From the NCBI GenBank assembly GCA_003693705.1, contig RBZT01000789.1, positions 16,880 to 80,879 of the forward strand: DNA of 64,000 bases, read 5' to 3'. Positions 22,416 through 36,666 of this stretch are shown in pieces; the stretch's first letter is position 1; each line of letters opens with the position of its first letter. The notes under the pieces were generated by a model. It was not told the DNA's origin, ran no database searches, and saw nothing but the letters and a program-made list of their open reading frames with translations. A program made the translations under genes and the position numbers. Source of the DNA: Polymyxa betae A26-41. Lineage: Eukaryota; Protista; Endomyxa: Phytomyxea.

Positions 22416-23829
22416 TCATCGCTGCACTGAGTTCGCAAGAGTTTCGAGGCTCTCAACAGAAACGGAAATAATCACATCTTTGACGTCCATCCCTTTCTCC
22501 AGGAACCTCAAATATTCATCGACCTTCTCAAAGAACTTGCTTCTTTGCTCTATATTGGACTGATTAAAATGATAGACTGATCGAATAAGGATGATTACCG
22601 ATTTCGATATCATTATGGCCAGCGCCTTCTACAAACCAACTATTCCGCAACATCAGATTGTAAGAAAAAAATAAAAGATATAGGCAAGCACTGACGGTTC
22701 GTATTTCTTTTGCGATTTCTCGTACAAGGTCTACAGACACTGTTAATCACAGCCAAGCAAGCAAAGCAGCAGCATAATTCGAAAAAGCAACAACGATAAA
22801 AAAGAAGAAGAAATAAGACATGACAAAACTTACAGCGCCATGATGTACTGGAACTTCTCTATCATCGCATCCATGAATGATGTATATTGGGGCATGAACT
22901 TCACAGATGATGTCGACATTGCTATGTACCGACATTAGCAGACAGATCAACATGCAGCGATCGTCTTCATTACATACTTGAGAATATCAAACCAATGGGT
23001 CTTGTTTACCGGACGCATGACCCGCATGCCAGACATCAATGGAGAATGCAGAATAACGCCAGCAATATCCTGTCGTTCGGAAGCCAATTCTAGGGTTGGA
23101 GAGGTTCCTAAAAAAACATTAAAAAACGATAAAACTATCCTAAGATTGACCTAAAGATTGCCCATATAAAATGATGGAGGATGGAGCGATTTGAAGCTCT
23201 TCAGTCATGTACTTGAACGCAGATTGGATATCTCTTGCAAGACGCGCTACCGAGGGTCGCCCGGTACTTTCTCCATACCTTCACAACAATGAGCTTGAAG
23301 TCTGGAAGCGAAGCGAATGGATACCCCGAGTAATCGTAGGCGAAGATGTTGACTCGCAGCTTGTGGGCAAAATCTAGCAGATGGTCTCGCATGTATCCAA
23401 TATCGGTCTAAGTAACCAATGAGAAGTAATTCGTCAAAAACTAGAAGGGAGACCAACAGCATTGCCATGTGAGAACAGGATGGTAAACCTGATATTTGGA
23501 GTCAGTGCATGAAAAAAGTAATTTTGTCAGAAAATACACCTGGCCGTTGGTACTCGAGCGAAGAAAGCGGCGATCTTCCGCTTCTTGGATACGATGGAGC
23601 ATAGGAGAAAATCGTCAGAATGCACAGGGTTGTAATAGCTGCCGTCAGGCCCAATCAGGTAAAATGTTCGTGCTTCCAGGTCAAGATGGTATCCGGGAGG
23701 TGGGGGAAAGAAAACCAGCACCCGGCAGACCCTATCTCGGCATCCAATGCACGTTAGGAACCCGAAGCAGCTATAGGGAATCAGGGAAGAAGTCGCAGAA
23801 ATCGGTCGGTCCCTACCAGAATATTCCAC
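22416..23829 (-). CDS. ABHD17: ABHD17-like alpha/beta hydrolase (depalmitoylase), multi-exon
   Basis: N-terminal Cys cluster then FFPPPP; FSHGNA, YDYSGY, YGQSL, ILHSPLMSG, IIHGCDDREVP, GAGHNDIE; both ends approximate. Confidence 0.85.
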
Positions 23830-24350
23830 ACATCAATCAGCAGGGAACCATGAAGCACCTGAGCGAATGAATGAACGAGACTTTCGTCCGATTAGAGAGC
23901 TTTCCACTTCCAGCTCCAGGCTTCAGTACGGGAGCGGAGGAGCGGCCTTGCCTCTCCCCCAAATTTCTTTACATTTTTTTTTATTTTTTTTCAGCTAGAC
24001 TCTAAAAGCATTTCCTTCTTGCAAATTTAGTTTGTAAGAAGCTGCCTATTTTTTTATTGCACTATTCGATTTTCTTGGTCGTTGATTGCAAAGCTTATAC
24101 ATGTAGAAACGGTATCTTCGCGTAGTTCTTGATTAAGAGTCGGGTATTAAGGCAGATTATGCATGCAGCAGCTCAGCTATACGATGGAACCATGCCTTCG
24201 TACCAGCTATACAGTATGTCTAGAATCCTGCATTTGGGAACGATTGGAAAATGGAGCGCGGCCTCCACATTCAAATAAAGGGATGCGCCTATCGACGACT
24301 GCCACTTAAGATTCTCTTAAGAAGTGTTCTCAATACGTTTACAACTTGAG

Positions 24351-27236
<2,886 letters not shown>

Positions 27237-27302
27237 TCATGAAACTATTTCAAAGCAGCAATGAGATAGGTTTGCAAAAGTCTAATACAGATGATTGCTC
27301 TT

Positions 27303-28412
27303 TCAATTTCGCTTCTTGGAACCATTTACCGACTTCGGTGTACAGCATCCGTAGTATAAGATTTGTAAAGTCAGGATGGCATTCAATGAGAACGACAACA
27401 GTAAATCATTTAGAACTGAATCAGTCTAAGAATCAGAAACCAAGACCGCATTCGCTTTTTACCAGTCCAGCTAAATGCACCGGGATCGCCAAATGTAGTT
27501 GCAATTCTAGCGATATTCCCAGCGGTCTGAAGTCCTTGAGTTATCAGCGATAATTGTCCGGTTCCACAGGACTACAATCAAAATAATTAGGCCCGTTAGT
27601 TTGCAGATTGAGGTCAACTCTCTTTGTACCATGTAGTTCGTGAAAATCTGTGGCAATTTGCTAGCAGCGAATGCAAAAACGCAAGACTGTCTCAACAATT
27701 GAAGTTGGTTCTGACTAATGCCAGCTCCAGTCAGAGCGTATGCAAATACGGCATAGACGGCCACGAATGATGAAAGTGTGAAGACTGATCGCTTTCGACC
27801 AGAATACTTCCACAACAATCCAAGAATGATGAAATCTGAAAGTCAATCAATGCTGTACATCAGTAATATATTGATAAAACAAAACAGGGCAATTATGTTC
27901 GGATAAAGGCAGATCATGGTTGAATTTTCAAGGTACAGCAATACGTACTTTGAACTATAATGAAGCACGATTCACCATACGAGCTAAAAGGGACCCCAGT
28001 TCGAACAGCAAAGGCAATAGTAACCGATAAACTACAGAAGCATTAGCTCATAATCACACAGAAGCCTAATCATCTTACGCATAGACTTCCAGAAGGTACA
28101 TAACAGCAGATAATCCTTTAGCGCTTCGCCCTAGAACAATTTTGATAATTTGGGGAAGCTTTAGAATGGCGCTGGCGCCGATAATCGCAAACCCGACTGC
28201 CTATACCATTGCATTAGACCATGTAAACCAATATTGGATCGTTGGAGAAACGAGCAAACGAATTCAATGAACCTGCCGACCTTGCTTAAAGCGACAGTGG
28301 CACATTTCCGGTCTGTGTAGTTGCCCTGTTTCACAACGGTCTCATAGCAACGACCAGGAAGGAAACCGAGATCGCGGGCGACCGCGACCAGGCGCTCAAG
28401 CAGCGACGCCAT
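27303..28412 (-). CDS. MPDU1: Mannose-P-dolichol utilization defect 1 (Lec35) PQ-loop protein
   Basis: LKLPQIIKI..SAKGLS, PFSSYGE, SKLPQIFTNY..TGQLS, GNIARI; C-terminal KKRN ER-retrieval motif. Confidence 0.88.
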
Positions 28413-28551
28413 AACAATACCGCAATGTCTCTCTGGCCTCTCTCTACTCCGGTCAACCTCCAAACCCTCCTCGAGTCACGACAGCGTGTAACAAACATAT
28501 ATCGACTCTTCAGAGATGTTTTATGATTATCTAAGCATACGTATTGGGCTG

Positions 28552-29384
28552 TCAACGCTGCCGATATCGCCTTCTTTCCTGAAGGTTGATTCGGGTGTAT
28601 GCTGAGCCGATTGCTGTTGGGGACTTTCTAGGTGATATCATGGCGTTCAATCGATCGATATCGCCCAGGACTTGGCTGTAACTCTGTGTCATTATTGTCG
28701 CGGCTTGTATCGCCGCTTTCAACGAGGTGTCGTCTTCATCGTCTTCATTTTCGTCGTACTGTGTTATAACCGCTGTCACACTTTAAGTTTCCAAACATAG
28801 CCAACTAGCGATGCCTTACTTGACGAAAATCCGGATTCGTCATCCGATGCTGTATGAAACGGAGACCAGACTCGATCAAACATTGCCCGGCATGAAGTAC
28901 ATTCAGGTAATGTTGCTGCTGTTTCACGACCATTTCTCTTGTCATTAACTTCAGGCTCTTTGACTTCAATAAATACCTTTTTGTTTTCGTTGACGATATT
29001 CAATTCCTCTTGGTCATCTTCCAGATCATTAGAATTGCCATTTGCTTGTAGCTCGGATTCATCCAAATGGCTGCAATCAGATTCGGTAGATTTCGGCGAT
29101 TCTCTCATCTCATCGTTTTCGATTTTTGATCTAGCAGATGCTGAGGGCGATTCTGGCAGTTTCGGCTTACCATTAGCCAACGCTAATTGTATGCAATGAT
29201 GGACCTGATTACGAGCCAGAAGCCTTCTTGCTACTGTCAATGGGTCGTTATCATATTCTTCGACAAATTCTTCGATAAAATGCTCATTCTGGACATTGAT
29301 CTTGTCTCTGGCCCTGTTGTACTCGTCGAACAATTGCTCTAATGAGTCTTTGCGACTTGATGAAATATGAGCCTCTGAACCCAT
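28552..29384 (-). CDS. Hypothetical acidic protein, 2 exons
   Basis: Two adjacent same-strand ORFs with protein-like composition; no recognised domain. Confidence 0.5.
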
Positions 29385-29528
29385 AGATGGGAATATTGCT
29401 TCGAAGTTACGTACGCCAGTCCATGAAATATCTACTTTTTTTAGTCCAGAGTTCGAGGGGATAAAGGTTTTATTCTTCTAAATAAGATGCAACTTTCTTG
29501 AGCAATGATCAAAACATTAGCCATTTGT

Positions 29529-30536
29529 TCAAACTGATCCCGAACTAGGCGATGGCGTACCAGGCACTGGTGGAACTGTTAAAATAACCGGCGGCTGGGT
29601 TTCAGGTGGGCTTGTAGCAGGAGGCAAACTGCCAGGCGGGCAAGGTAACTGAGGAGGGACGTAGACTGGCGGCGTCTGTGGTGGAATTGTATAGATAACC
29701 GGCGGCTGGCTTTCAGGTGGGCTTGTAGCGGGAGGCAAACTGCCAGGCGGGCAAGGAACTTGAGGAGGGACGTAGACAGGCGGCGTTTGTGGTGGAACCG
29801 TAAAGATAACAGGCGGCGTCTGTGGTGGCAGCGTGTAGAACGGGGGCGAGGTTGCTGGAGGCGGCGTGTAGACAGGGGTTCCTGGCGGGATCGTGAAGAC
29901 CTCAGGCGGCAGCGTTGGAGGGATACCGTTGATCGGAGGGGTGTATGGAGGCGGAATTGTGTATACTGGCGGTGTCCCAGGAGGAATCGTGAAGATAACA
30001 GGAGGAGGTGTTTGGGGTGGCTGGGTTTGGGGCGGTATGGTGAATATAGGCGGGATTTGGGGTGGTGGGGTCTGAGGTGGCATTGTTTGTGGCGGTAGCG
30101 TGTAGATAGGCGGGACAGGAGTTTCACATGGCTGCGTTGGAGGCGACGGCGGGATGGTCAAGATTACGGGCGGCGGCGTCGGTGGAGACGGCGTAACTGG
30201 TAAGATTACTGGCGGCGGCGTTGGTGGAGAAGGCGTAACTGGTAAGATTACGGGCGGTTGAGTTCCTGGTGGCTGCTCAGGACCAGGAGGCATGTATGGA
30301 GGCATCGTCTCGCATGGCTGCGACGGTGGCGTCGATGGTAGTGGTGGAAGTGTCAGAATTACTGGGGGCTGGCCAGGAGTCGGCCCTGGCGTCACGGGTA
30401 CTGGAGGATATTCGGGGCCAGGTGGCACAGAGATCGTTCCACCCGATGGCGATGGTGTATAGTGATGGTGGTGATGACGATGGGCATCTGTAATAATTGC
30501 AGCAAGGGATAGGGCCAACACCAGCAACGTCTTCAT
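29529..30536 (-). CDS. Secreted Pro/Thr-rich repeat protein A (His-rich mature N-terminus)
   Basis: MKTLLVLALSLAAIITDA|HRHHHHHY; PPV(I/Y)(L/F)T.PP repeats; 111-nt internal duplication (29590-29811); intronless; polyA signal at ~29469. Confidence 0.88.
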   Translation of the reverse strand: MKTLLVLALSLAAIITDAHRHHHHHYTPSPSGGTISVPPGPEYPPVPVTPGPTPGQPPVILTLPPLPSTPPSQPCETMPPYMPPGPEQPPGTQPPVILPVTPSPPTPPPVILPVTPSPPTPPPVILTIPPSPPTQPCETPVPPIYTLPPQTMPPQTPPPQIPPIFTIPPQTQPPQTPPPVIFTIPPGTPPVYTIPPPYTPPINGIPPTLPPEVFTIPPGTPVYTPPPATSPPFYTLPPQTPPVIFTVPPQTPPVYVPPQVPCPPGSLPPATSPPESQPPVIYTIPPQTPPVYVPPQLPCPPGSLPPATSPPETQPPVILTVPPVPGTPSPSSGSV

Positions 30537-31347
30537 CTTCAAAGCTCAGCTGCCAAGATGTTTAACGAATGAGCCAGAACTGCTGGCGCTGTGTGAGATC
30601 GATCTGCTTTGCTGCTTCCTCTCCATCAATTATCGTTTGAGGTCGTACCGGGTTAGTTCTTGGTGTCGGTTCCGTTGTTGGTATCGGCACCGATCTGTTC
30701 CGATAAGGCGGCCGAACGCTCCGATCCGTTCCGGTCAACCCGCCATCCATTTCAGGTGGCTCCATTCTGGCCCTTTTCTTAAAGAGTTCGAGGTGATAGA
30801 GACGTCAGCTCTTTTGTGAAACATTCCAGTCCGATTCGCTTATCTCATCGTATGCCAATCTCTATGCGCAGCGCATTGCCAGCCTTCGATCTGCAGCGCT
30901 TGTTGAGTTAGATTTGATAAATTGAGCCATGTGTGGTTGCTTGGTCCTTGCTATCATTACCTCAAACTCCATAGCTATCTATCAAACACGCGAATGGGAG
31001 CTTTCTTAGAAGCTTGGTTGGGGCTTCCTTCGATACTATATCCAGCATAGAGCTTAGACCCAAAAGATTTCACAGACTGAAACTTCTGGATTTTGTTTGG
31101 CATCATTGTAGCTTGATGCAACTTCAGCAATATTGTCTGAAGTGCTTTTGACTTTATAATCGTTATCGGTCCGTAAATGACCGGTTCTGAGTAATGGACG
31201 AAAAGGTCTACTGTTTTATCAAGCAAGGTCACTTCCTACCGATCTTTACCAGCACGATTAATTCAGGGACCAAGGAATGTTTATTTGTTACAGTAAATGA
31301 AATTCATATGGTCATCGTTGCATCACAACATTTTAGCATTATCAGAT

Positions 31348-31929
31348 TCAATTTGATCCAAAGCTGGGATATGAAGTTGGAACGGGTGGCTGAGTTTCAG
31401 GCGGGCATGGGTATGGTGGGTATCCAGGTGGCAGCGTTTGAGGCGGGAGCGAGTAGATAGGAGGCGAGGTAGCTGGCGGCACTGTTAGTATCACAGGAGG
31501 CGTCGTGCCTGGAGGAGGCAGCGTGTAAACGGGAGGCGGCGGGACCACCACACATGGTGTCTGTGGCGGAGCCGTCTGTGGGGGGAAACTGTAGTAAGGT
31601 GGCAGAGTCTGAGGCGGAGCCGTCTGTGGAGGGAAACTGTAGTAAGGTGGCAGAGTCTGAGGCGGGACAGTCAGAATGACAACTGGAGGGGTGCCTGTAG
31701 GTGGAGGTGGGACGCCGTCGCAGGGTGGCGACGTTCCGACTGGTGGGACCGTCAAAATGACAGGCGGCTGGGTGCCACTCCCTGGCGGTGACGTTCCAGG
31801 CGGCAACGTTACCATCCCTCCCGATGGGTAGTCATCATTATCATAATAATGGTGATGACGATGACGACGATGAGCGTCCGTCAGCGTCCCGCTGACCAGG
31901 ATCAGGGCCAGGATCGCTATCACTTTCAT
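31348..31929 (-). CDS. Secreted Pro/Thr-rich repeat protein B
   Basis: MKVIAILALILVSGTLTDA|HRRHRHHHYY; PPVILTVPP; 48-nt tandem repeat (PPQTLPPYYSFPPQTA). Confidence 0.88.
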   Translation of the reverse strand: MKVIAILALILVSGTLTDAHRRHRHHHYYDNDDYPSGGMVTLPPGTSPPGSGTQPPVILTVPPVGTSPPCDGVPPPPTGTPPVVILTVPPQTLPPYYSFPPQTAPPQTLPPYYSFPPQTAPPQTPCVVVPPPPVYTLPPPGTTPPVILTVPPATSPPIYSLPPQTLPPGYPPYPCPPETQPPVPTSYPSFGSN

Positions 31930-32052
31930 CTGTTGACAATCTTGATCGTCTGCAAACACAACCGATTATAGAATGAGCCTGAGACCCGGTCTGTTCGCCA
32001 GGCAAAGATGGTCGGCCAGCTGCTGGTCGGTCGGTTCGCTCCGGTTTATTCA

Positions 32053-32124
32053 TCCGATCCGCTCCGGTTGCTTGCTGCTGATCGGTCGGTCCGCTCCGGT
32101 TTATTCATCCGATCCGTTCCGGTT
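32053..32124. promoter_or_regulatory. Shared upstream motif TCCGATCC(G/C)(C/T)TCCGGT of the Pro-rich genes (also 30720-30735 and 33108-33124)
   Basis: Near-identical 16-17-mer 85-200 bp upstream of all three ATGs. Confidence 0.6.
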
Positions 32125-32632
32125 GGCTTTTGGTCCGCTGCTGTTCATCCATCTCACCAGTAGCTCTGGACGATCTGATCAGCTCTGGTAGACTTTTCTG
32201 TGCCAGTAAAGTAGATAGGCTCCAGTAATTCGATGGAAACTTAAACGTGCGAATCGTCGCGCCACTAAATGGCTGTGACGTTTCCTTACGCTCATCATCA
32301 AGGAATGGTCATTGATCGGATTCTAGCCAACTTGATAGAGAAAATAAACAGGTTAGCGTGTTCTAGTGCAGGGAGTTTTGGGTGGTAGCTATTCTGCAAC
32401 TCAACCATGCAGCCGACAGCTGTGATTAGTTTAATACAGGACCAAGAAAACTTGAAGGCTTCAACATATGATTCCGGCAAAAAGAATCTTATTGCAGCAA
32501 ACAGCAATCAATACAAGTGCCACCCACCTTTCCGAAAGGCACGATTAACTACGGTCGTACAATCCAATCCAATTCGATATAATTACTCGAAAATGACACA
32601 TTTATTGGAACACTCTAACCTGAGTCAAACGC

Positions 32633-33025
32633 TCAGCCGTAATACGAACTTGTGCTTGGCGATGGCGTCGAGGGAGGCACAGTCAAGATAACTGGTGGCT
32701 GGGTGCCTTCAGGCGGAACGATAACCGGCGGCTGAGTTCCTGGCGGAATCACAACTGGCGGCTGAGTTCCCGGTGGAATGACAACCGGCGGCTGGGATCC
32801 GGGCGGGTATATGACGCAAGTCACCCCCGGTGGGACAGTATAACCCGGCGGGAGCGTGTAGACTGGAGGCGTAGAATATCCAGGCGGCAACGTTCCATAC
32901 GGTGGATATCCGGGCGGGAGAGTGTAGACGACCGGCGGCGTCGTTACAGTACCGCCCGACGAGTATTGGGCCTGAGATAGAAGAACATTGAACAGAACCA
33001 GAGCCAGGACCAGCAGCGATTTCAT
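32633..33025 (-). CDS. Secreted Pro/Thr-rich repeat protein C
   Basis: MKSLLVLALVLFNVLLSQA|QYSSGGTVT; YTLPPGY and PPGTQPPVVI repeats; PPVILTVPP. Confidence 0.85.
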   Translation of the reverse strand: MKSLLVLALVLFNVLLSQAQYSSGGTVTTPPVVYTLPPGYPPYGTLPPGYSTPPVYTLPPGYTVPPGVTCVIYPPGSQPPVVIPPGTQPPVVIPPGTQPPVIVPPEGTQPPVILTVPPSTPSPSTSSYYG

Positions 33026-33240
33026 GTTGAACGAACCGAACTCTTTCCACAATGAATATCGTGCTGGGCGTTAGCGAGCTAGCCGCGATTGTCGTCGACG
33101 ATATTCATCCGATCCCCTCCGGTTAATCGCCGGCCCATTCCAGTGAGGCCATCAGTTTCAAGAATGAATCTTTCGGCGATCGAATAGAAACAATGCATTA
33201 CGCCCGAATGCAAACAACATTTTATAGAGCTGGAAGCAAT

Positions 33241-34015
33241 CTATCGTCGACGTCGTCCGAATTGGATTTGTGCAGGACATGGCGCGGCAGGAGTTTGCAA
33301 TTCGTCAGCCTTATGCTCATCGGATGGATGTTCAGTGTCCATCATGTTAGTCTTATCTCGAGGCATCTCCTCTCTCCAGTCGCAATCGAAATAATAATGC
33401 CCAGGCCATTTATGATAGTCGATCATATGAAGTCGACGACCTTTCCTGCTGTTGAACTTTCGACCACATTTATCAGCTAAACATTCAAACTAAAGCAGCC
33501 ATACACAACCATCAGATTCTGTTTCAGACGACAATGCAGAAATCGCTACCATGCGCTGCTTTTCAGAAAGCACAGCAAAATATTCGTCATGACGTTCCTG
33601 AAAATGACATCGTAACCAATGCGCCCATGGAAGAACAATCTTGCATTCGTTGCAAACATGACGATGCTGGGAGGCTATATGTTCGTGCAGGAGTGACATC
33701 GAAGAGAGCTCTGTTTGGCAGAGAATCCGATTACAAACAATTGCAGTCTCATCTTCTTTCGCTTCCTGATCCCCTGCCTTCTGTAAAGCTGAATGTCAAT
33801 AATGAAGCCCCATATCTAACACGTAGAGAAACATTTCGTAAATTCAAAAAATGTTGGCAGAACCACACCTCTTCAACACGATCGCCGAGCCTGTGATCGT
33901 CAAACTGTTCGAGATAGCCCGCCCTGGAAGCATTACCATCAGCGAAGAACGGATCGTCTGCACGTCGTGGCCGTTTAATGCCTTCAGCCAAAACGACTCG
34001 CGGTTCAGGCTCCAT
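33241..34015 (-). CDS. ZNF511: ZNF511-like C2H2 zinc-finger protein, 3 exons
   Basis: DDPFFADG; HRHVCNECK...LRCHFQERHDEYFAVL; FECLADKCGRKF...RRLHMIDYHKWP. Confidence 0.8.
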
Positions 34016-34227
34016 CGTCAACAGATACGCAATACCAAAATAAACTCATGAACAGTATCTTTCCAGCATCCACTTCCTTCACAGAATGAATCCCAACATA
34101 TAGTCGTTGTATTACAGAATTAGTTAGAAAACCTTCTGATTACATAGCCTAAAACTGAATACAATCGTCAATGTTGTGTTGAATTCAACGAGCATAATAA
34201 TCCGCAAGTAGCAAACTCTCATGAAAT

Positions 34228-34311
34228 GCATTTGTGGCCGAGCGGTCTAAGGCGCCACCTTTAGGCGGTGGTCTTGGAGACAAGGCGCGGGTTCAAATCC
34301 CGTCGAATGCA
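34228..34311 (+). tRNA. tRNA-Leu(TAG): tRNA-Leu (anticodon TAG), long variable arm
   Basis: Acceptor GCATTTG/CGAATGC; D-loop TGGCCGAGCGGTCTAAGGC; anticodon arm CCACC-TTTAGGC-GGTGG; T-loop GGTTCAAATCC; T-run Pol III terminator at 34315-34320. Confidence 0.95.
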
Positions 34312-34341
34312 ATCTTTTTTATGCTAATTTTGGACAGCTAA

Positions 34342-36352
34342 TCATTTCTGATCTTTGTTCGGAATGCTATCAAATTCAGGATCGATCGTGATGTTGAACG
34401 TTCGTTTGAGCAATTTGGGCCTCAAATCGCCATATTCGCCTGGACCCGGATTCTGATTTCGAATAGCGACGGTCGGATCTCCAGCAAATCTATCAACATG
34501 CGATAGGAAAGACGAAGTTCCGATAGCCAATCGTCTCCTTGGAGTCTGTCTGGGGCTTCGAGGTGACGGTTCCGGCGTAAATGCCCTCTCTTTCAGCCTG
34601 TCTAACAACGTAACCATCGTCTGCTCACGGCGAGGCTGTGGCTTCGTGCGAGGGGCGAATTGATATCCTTTCGCCTAATAACGAAACTCATTAAGACAGA
34701 GCAAGCCGTTTCTTAAAAGCAATCAAAGGCCTTGACATGCTTGAAGCAGAATTGCAACATTTCGAAATGACGACAGAAGCAAAAATTCGAATCAGATTTT
34801 CCTTTCTTGACGTCGATGTTAACTAACCGAAACGGTATATAAAACTGGAGCAGAACCATGAAAACGATTTCAAAATGATTCGAGCAATCTCGAACAATCC
34901 GCCCCATATGGGGTGATGGGGCTGCCCGACCCTAAAATTCAACATGACAAAGCAATGAAACATAACATGATAGTGAGCTCATTCTGCTCTACCTTAAATC
35001 GTCGTGGCTGAAATGCGGTCGTGGCTTTGTCGACTTCGTAGGATCCAGGAGCAGGACCCGCCTCCGGCTGCACAGATCTTGGCGGCTTATGCCCGCTGTC
35101 TACCGACCTCCAGGCCGGCTGCGATCGCGGCTTCCTTCGACGACGGTTTTGCAGGCGCTGGTCCTGGGCCGCCGATAATGGCTGGGGAGGTGTTTGTATC
35201 TCGGCTCGAGGCTGCTCGAATCGTTCGCGTCGCGACCCGAATGCAGCATTCGACTTCGGACTCGGTTTTCGAATGGACGATGGCAAATCGTAATCCTGTC
35301 ACAGCTTAGACAATTTGTATCAAATTTGGCTGGCATACTTGAGGCCCTGGTTGAATGTCTGGCACATGTTCGACGAATCGCTCACTCAGCGAATTAAAAG
35401 GAACAGGTGGTGGTCGCAAACGAATGTATTGTGGATGCTTGTCCGGGTTATAAGATCCTGGACCAGGGCTTGCATAATCAGGATCGAATGATTCAGCCCA
35501 TCGGCTACAGAACATTTGCTTGTCATTTGGTCATCTTTTTTTGATATTTCTCCATTACCTTGTTCGCGATCCGAAGTTCTGAAACTTCGATGCACGTTCA
35601 TGATTGCCAAACTGGCCTGCGATCTCGTACTGTCCAGGCCCAGGCCCGGATGCTGCTTCACTTCCTTCTCTATGCGTCTGGGCAGCAAAACTTGATGACA
35701 GCCTGGAAAATTTCCCTTTATCGAACATCATTTTCTCAGGATCGACCGGGTTGTATTGTCCAGGTCCTGGTGCTTTATTCCCTATCTTATCCCGCCATCG
35801 TTCAGCGCTCCGACCAAATACAGTTCCTCGGCTGGCAAGTGTCCCTGTCTCTCCAGGCAGCGCTGGTTTCGCTGGTGGTGGTGGTCGAGGCTGTAATGTT
35901 CCATCAGCTGCCATCACATAACCGAAGCTGTTCGCCGGTATTGACGGAATGACAGGAGCAGGTGCTGCTTTCTGATGCCATAAAGGGCGTTTCAAATTAC
36001 GTGGTGATCGTTGTGCGTTCCAAAATGTATGTTCGATGCCGACAGGCCGATTCGCATTATGTTCATCGACTGCATCTGGAAATCTCGGCGTCGATGATTT
36101 GAATGCGTTCCAAGAAGCAGGTTCAGGCCGTCGTAATTGTAACGACTCAATATAGGATCCGGGTGCCGGCACATCGTTGTGATAATCGTTGATGGGTCGT
36201 CCCGACCCGCTTCCAAACGGGACGTAATTGATTCGGTCGCAACTGGATTCCAATATTCGTGGGATGTTATACGCTCCTGGTCCGACCCGTGGTAGTGTCG
36301 CTGTTTCTTTAACCAAGGCAGTGTTTCGTGACGATCTTGACAGGAACGCCAT
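34342..36352 (-). CDS. STPG2: Sperm-tail PG-rich (SHIPPO) repeat flagellar protein, STPG2/ODF3-like
   Basis: Repeated (P)GPG(x)Y motifs (VGPGAYN, PAPGSY, APGPGQYN, SPGPGSYN, NPGPGEY); C-terminal LLKRTFNITI. Confidence 0.8.
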
Positions 36353-36666
36353 ATCGCTGGCGCCCAAGATATTCTGGAACAAAAAATTAGGCCACGTGCG
36401 CCTTCGAGATCTTTATCCCTGTGCTGTTTCCGCGAATCGTGATGCAGTTTAAATTTACTGGACTACACCAATTTACTGGACTATACGAGTATGCACATTG
36501 TGCTGCGCCAGCGACCATGGGCCATTCTGATATCGATTGGACAATCACATCGTGGTGCTTTTTGGCATTAACAACTGTCATTTGGTATCCCTTGAGGCAT
36601 TAATCTGAAGCTTGATTCCCTAAGTTGACTCAAGCTGTTGGAGGAGAACCCTGCTGCGCGCTTGCG

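Noticed and set aside
29529-33124. CRISPR-like repeat array
   Set aside because: The repeats are in-frame coding modules or promoter motifs, with no repeat-spacer regularity and no cas genes; eukaryotic context
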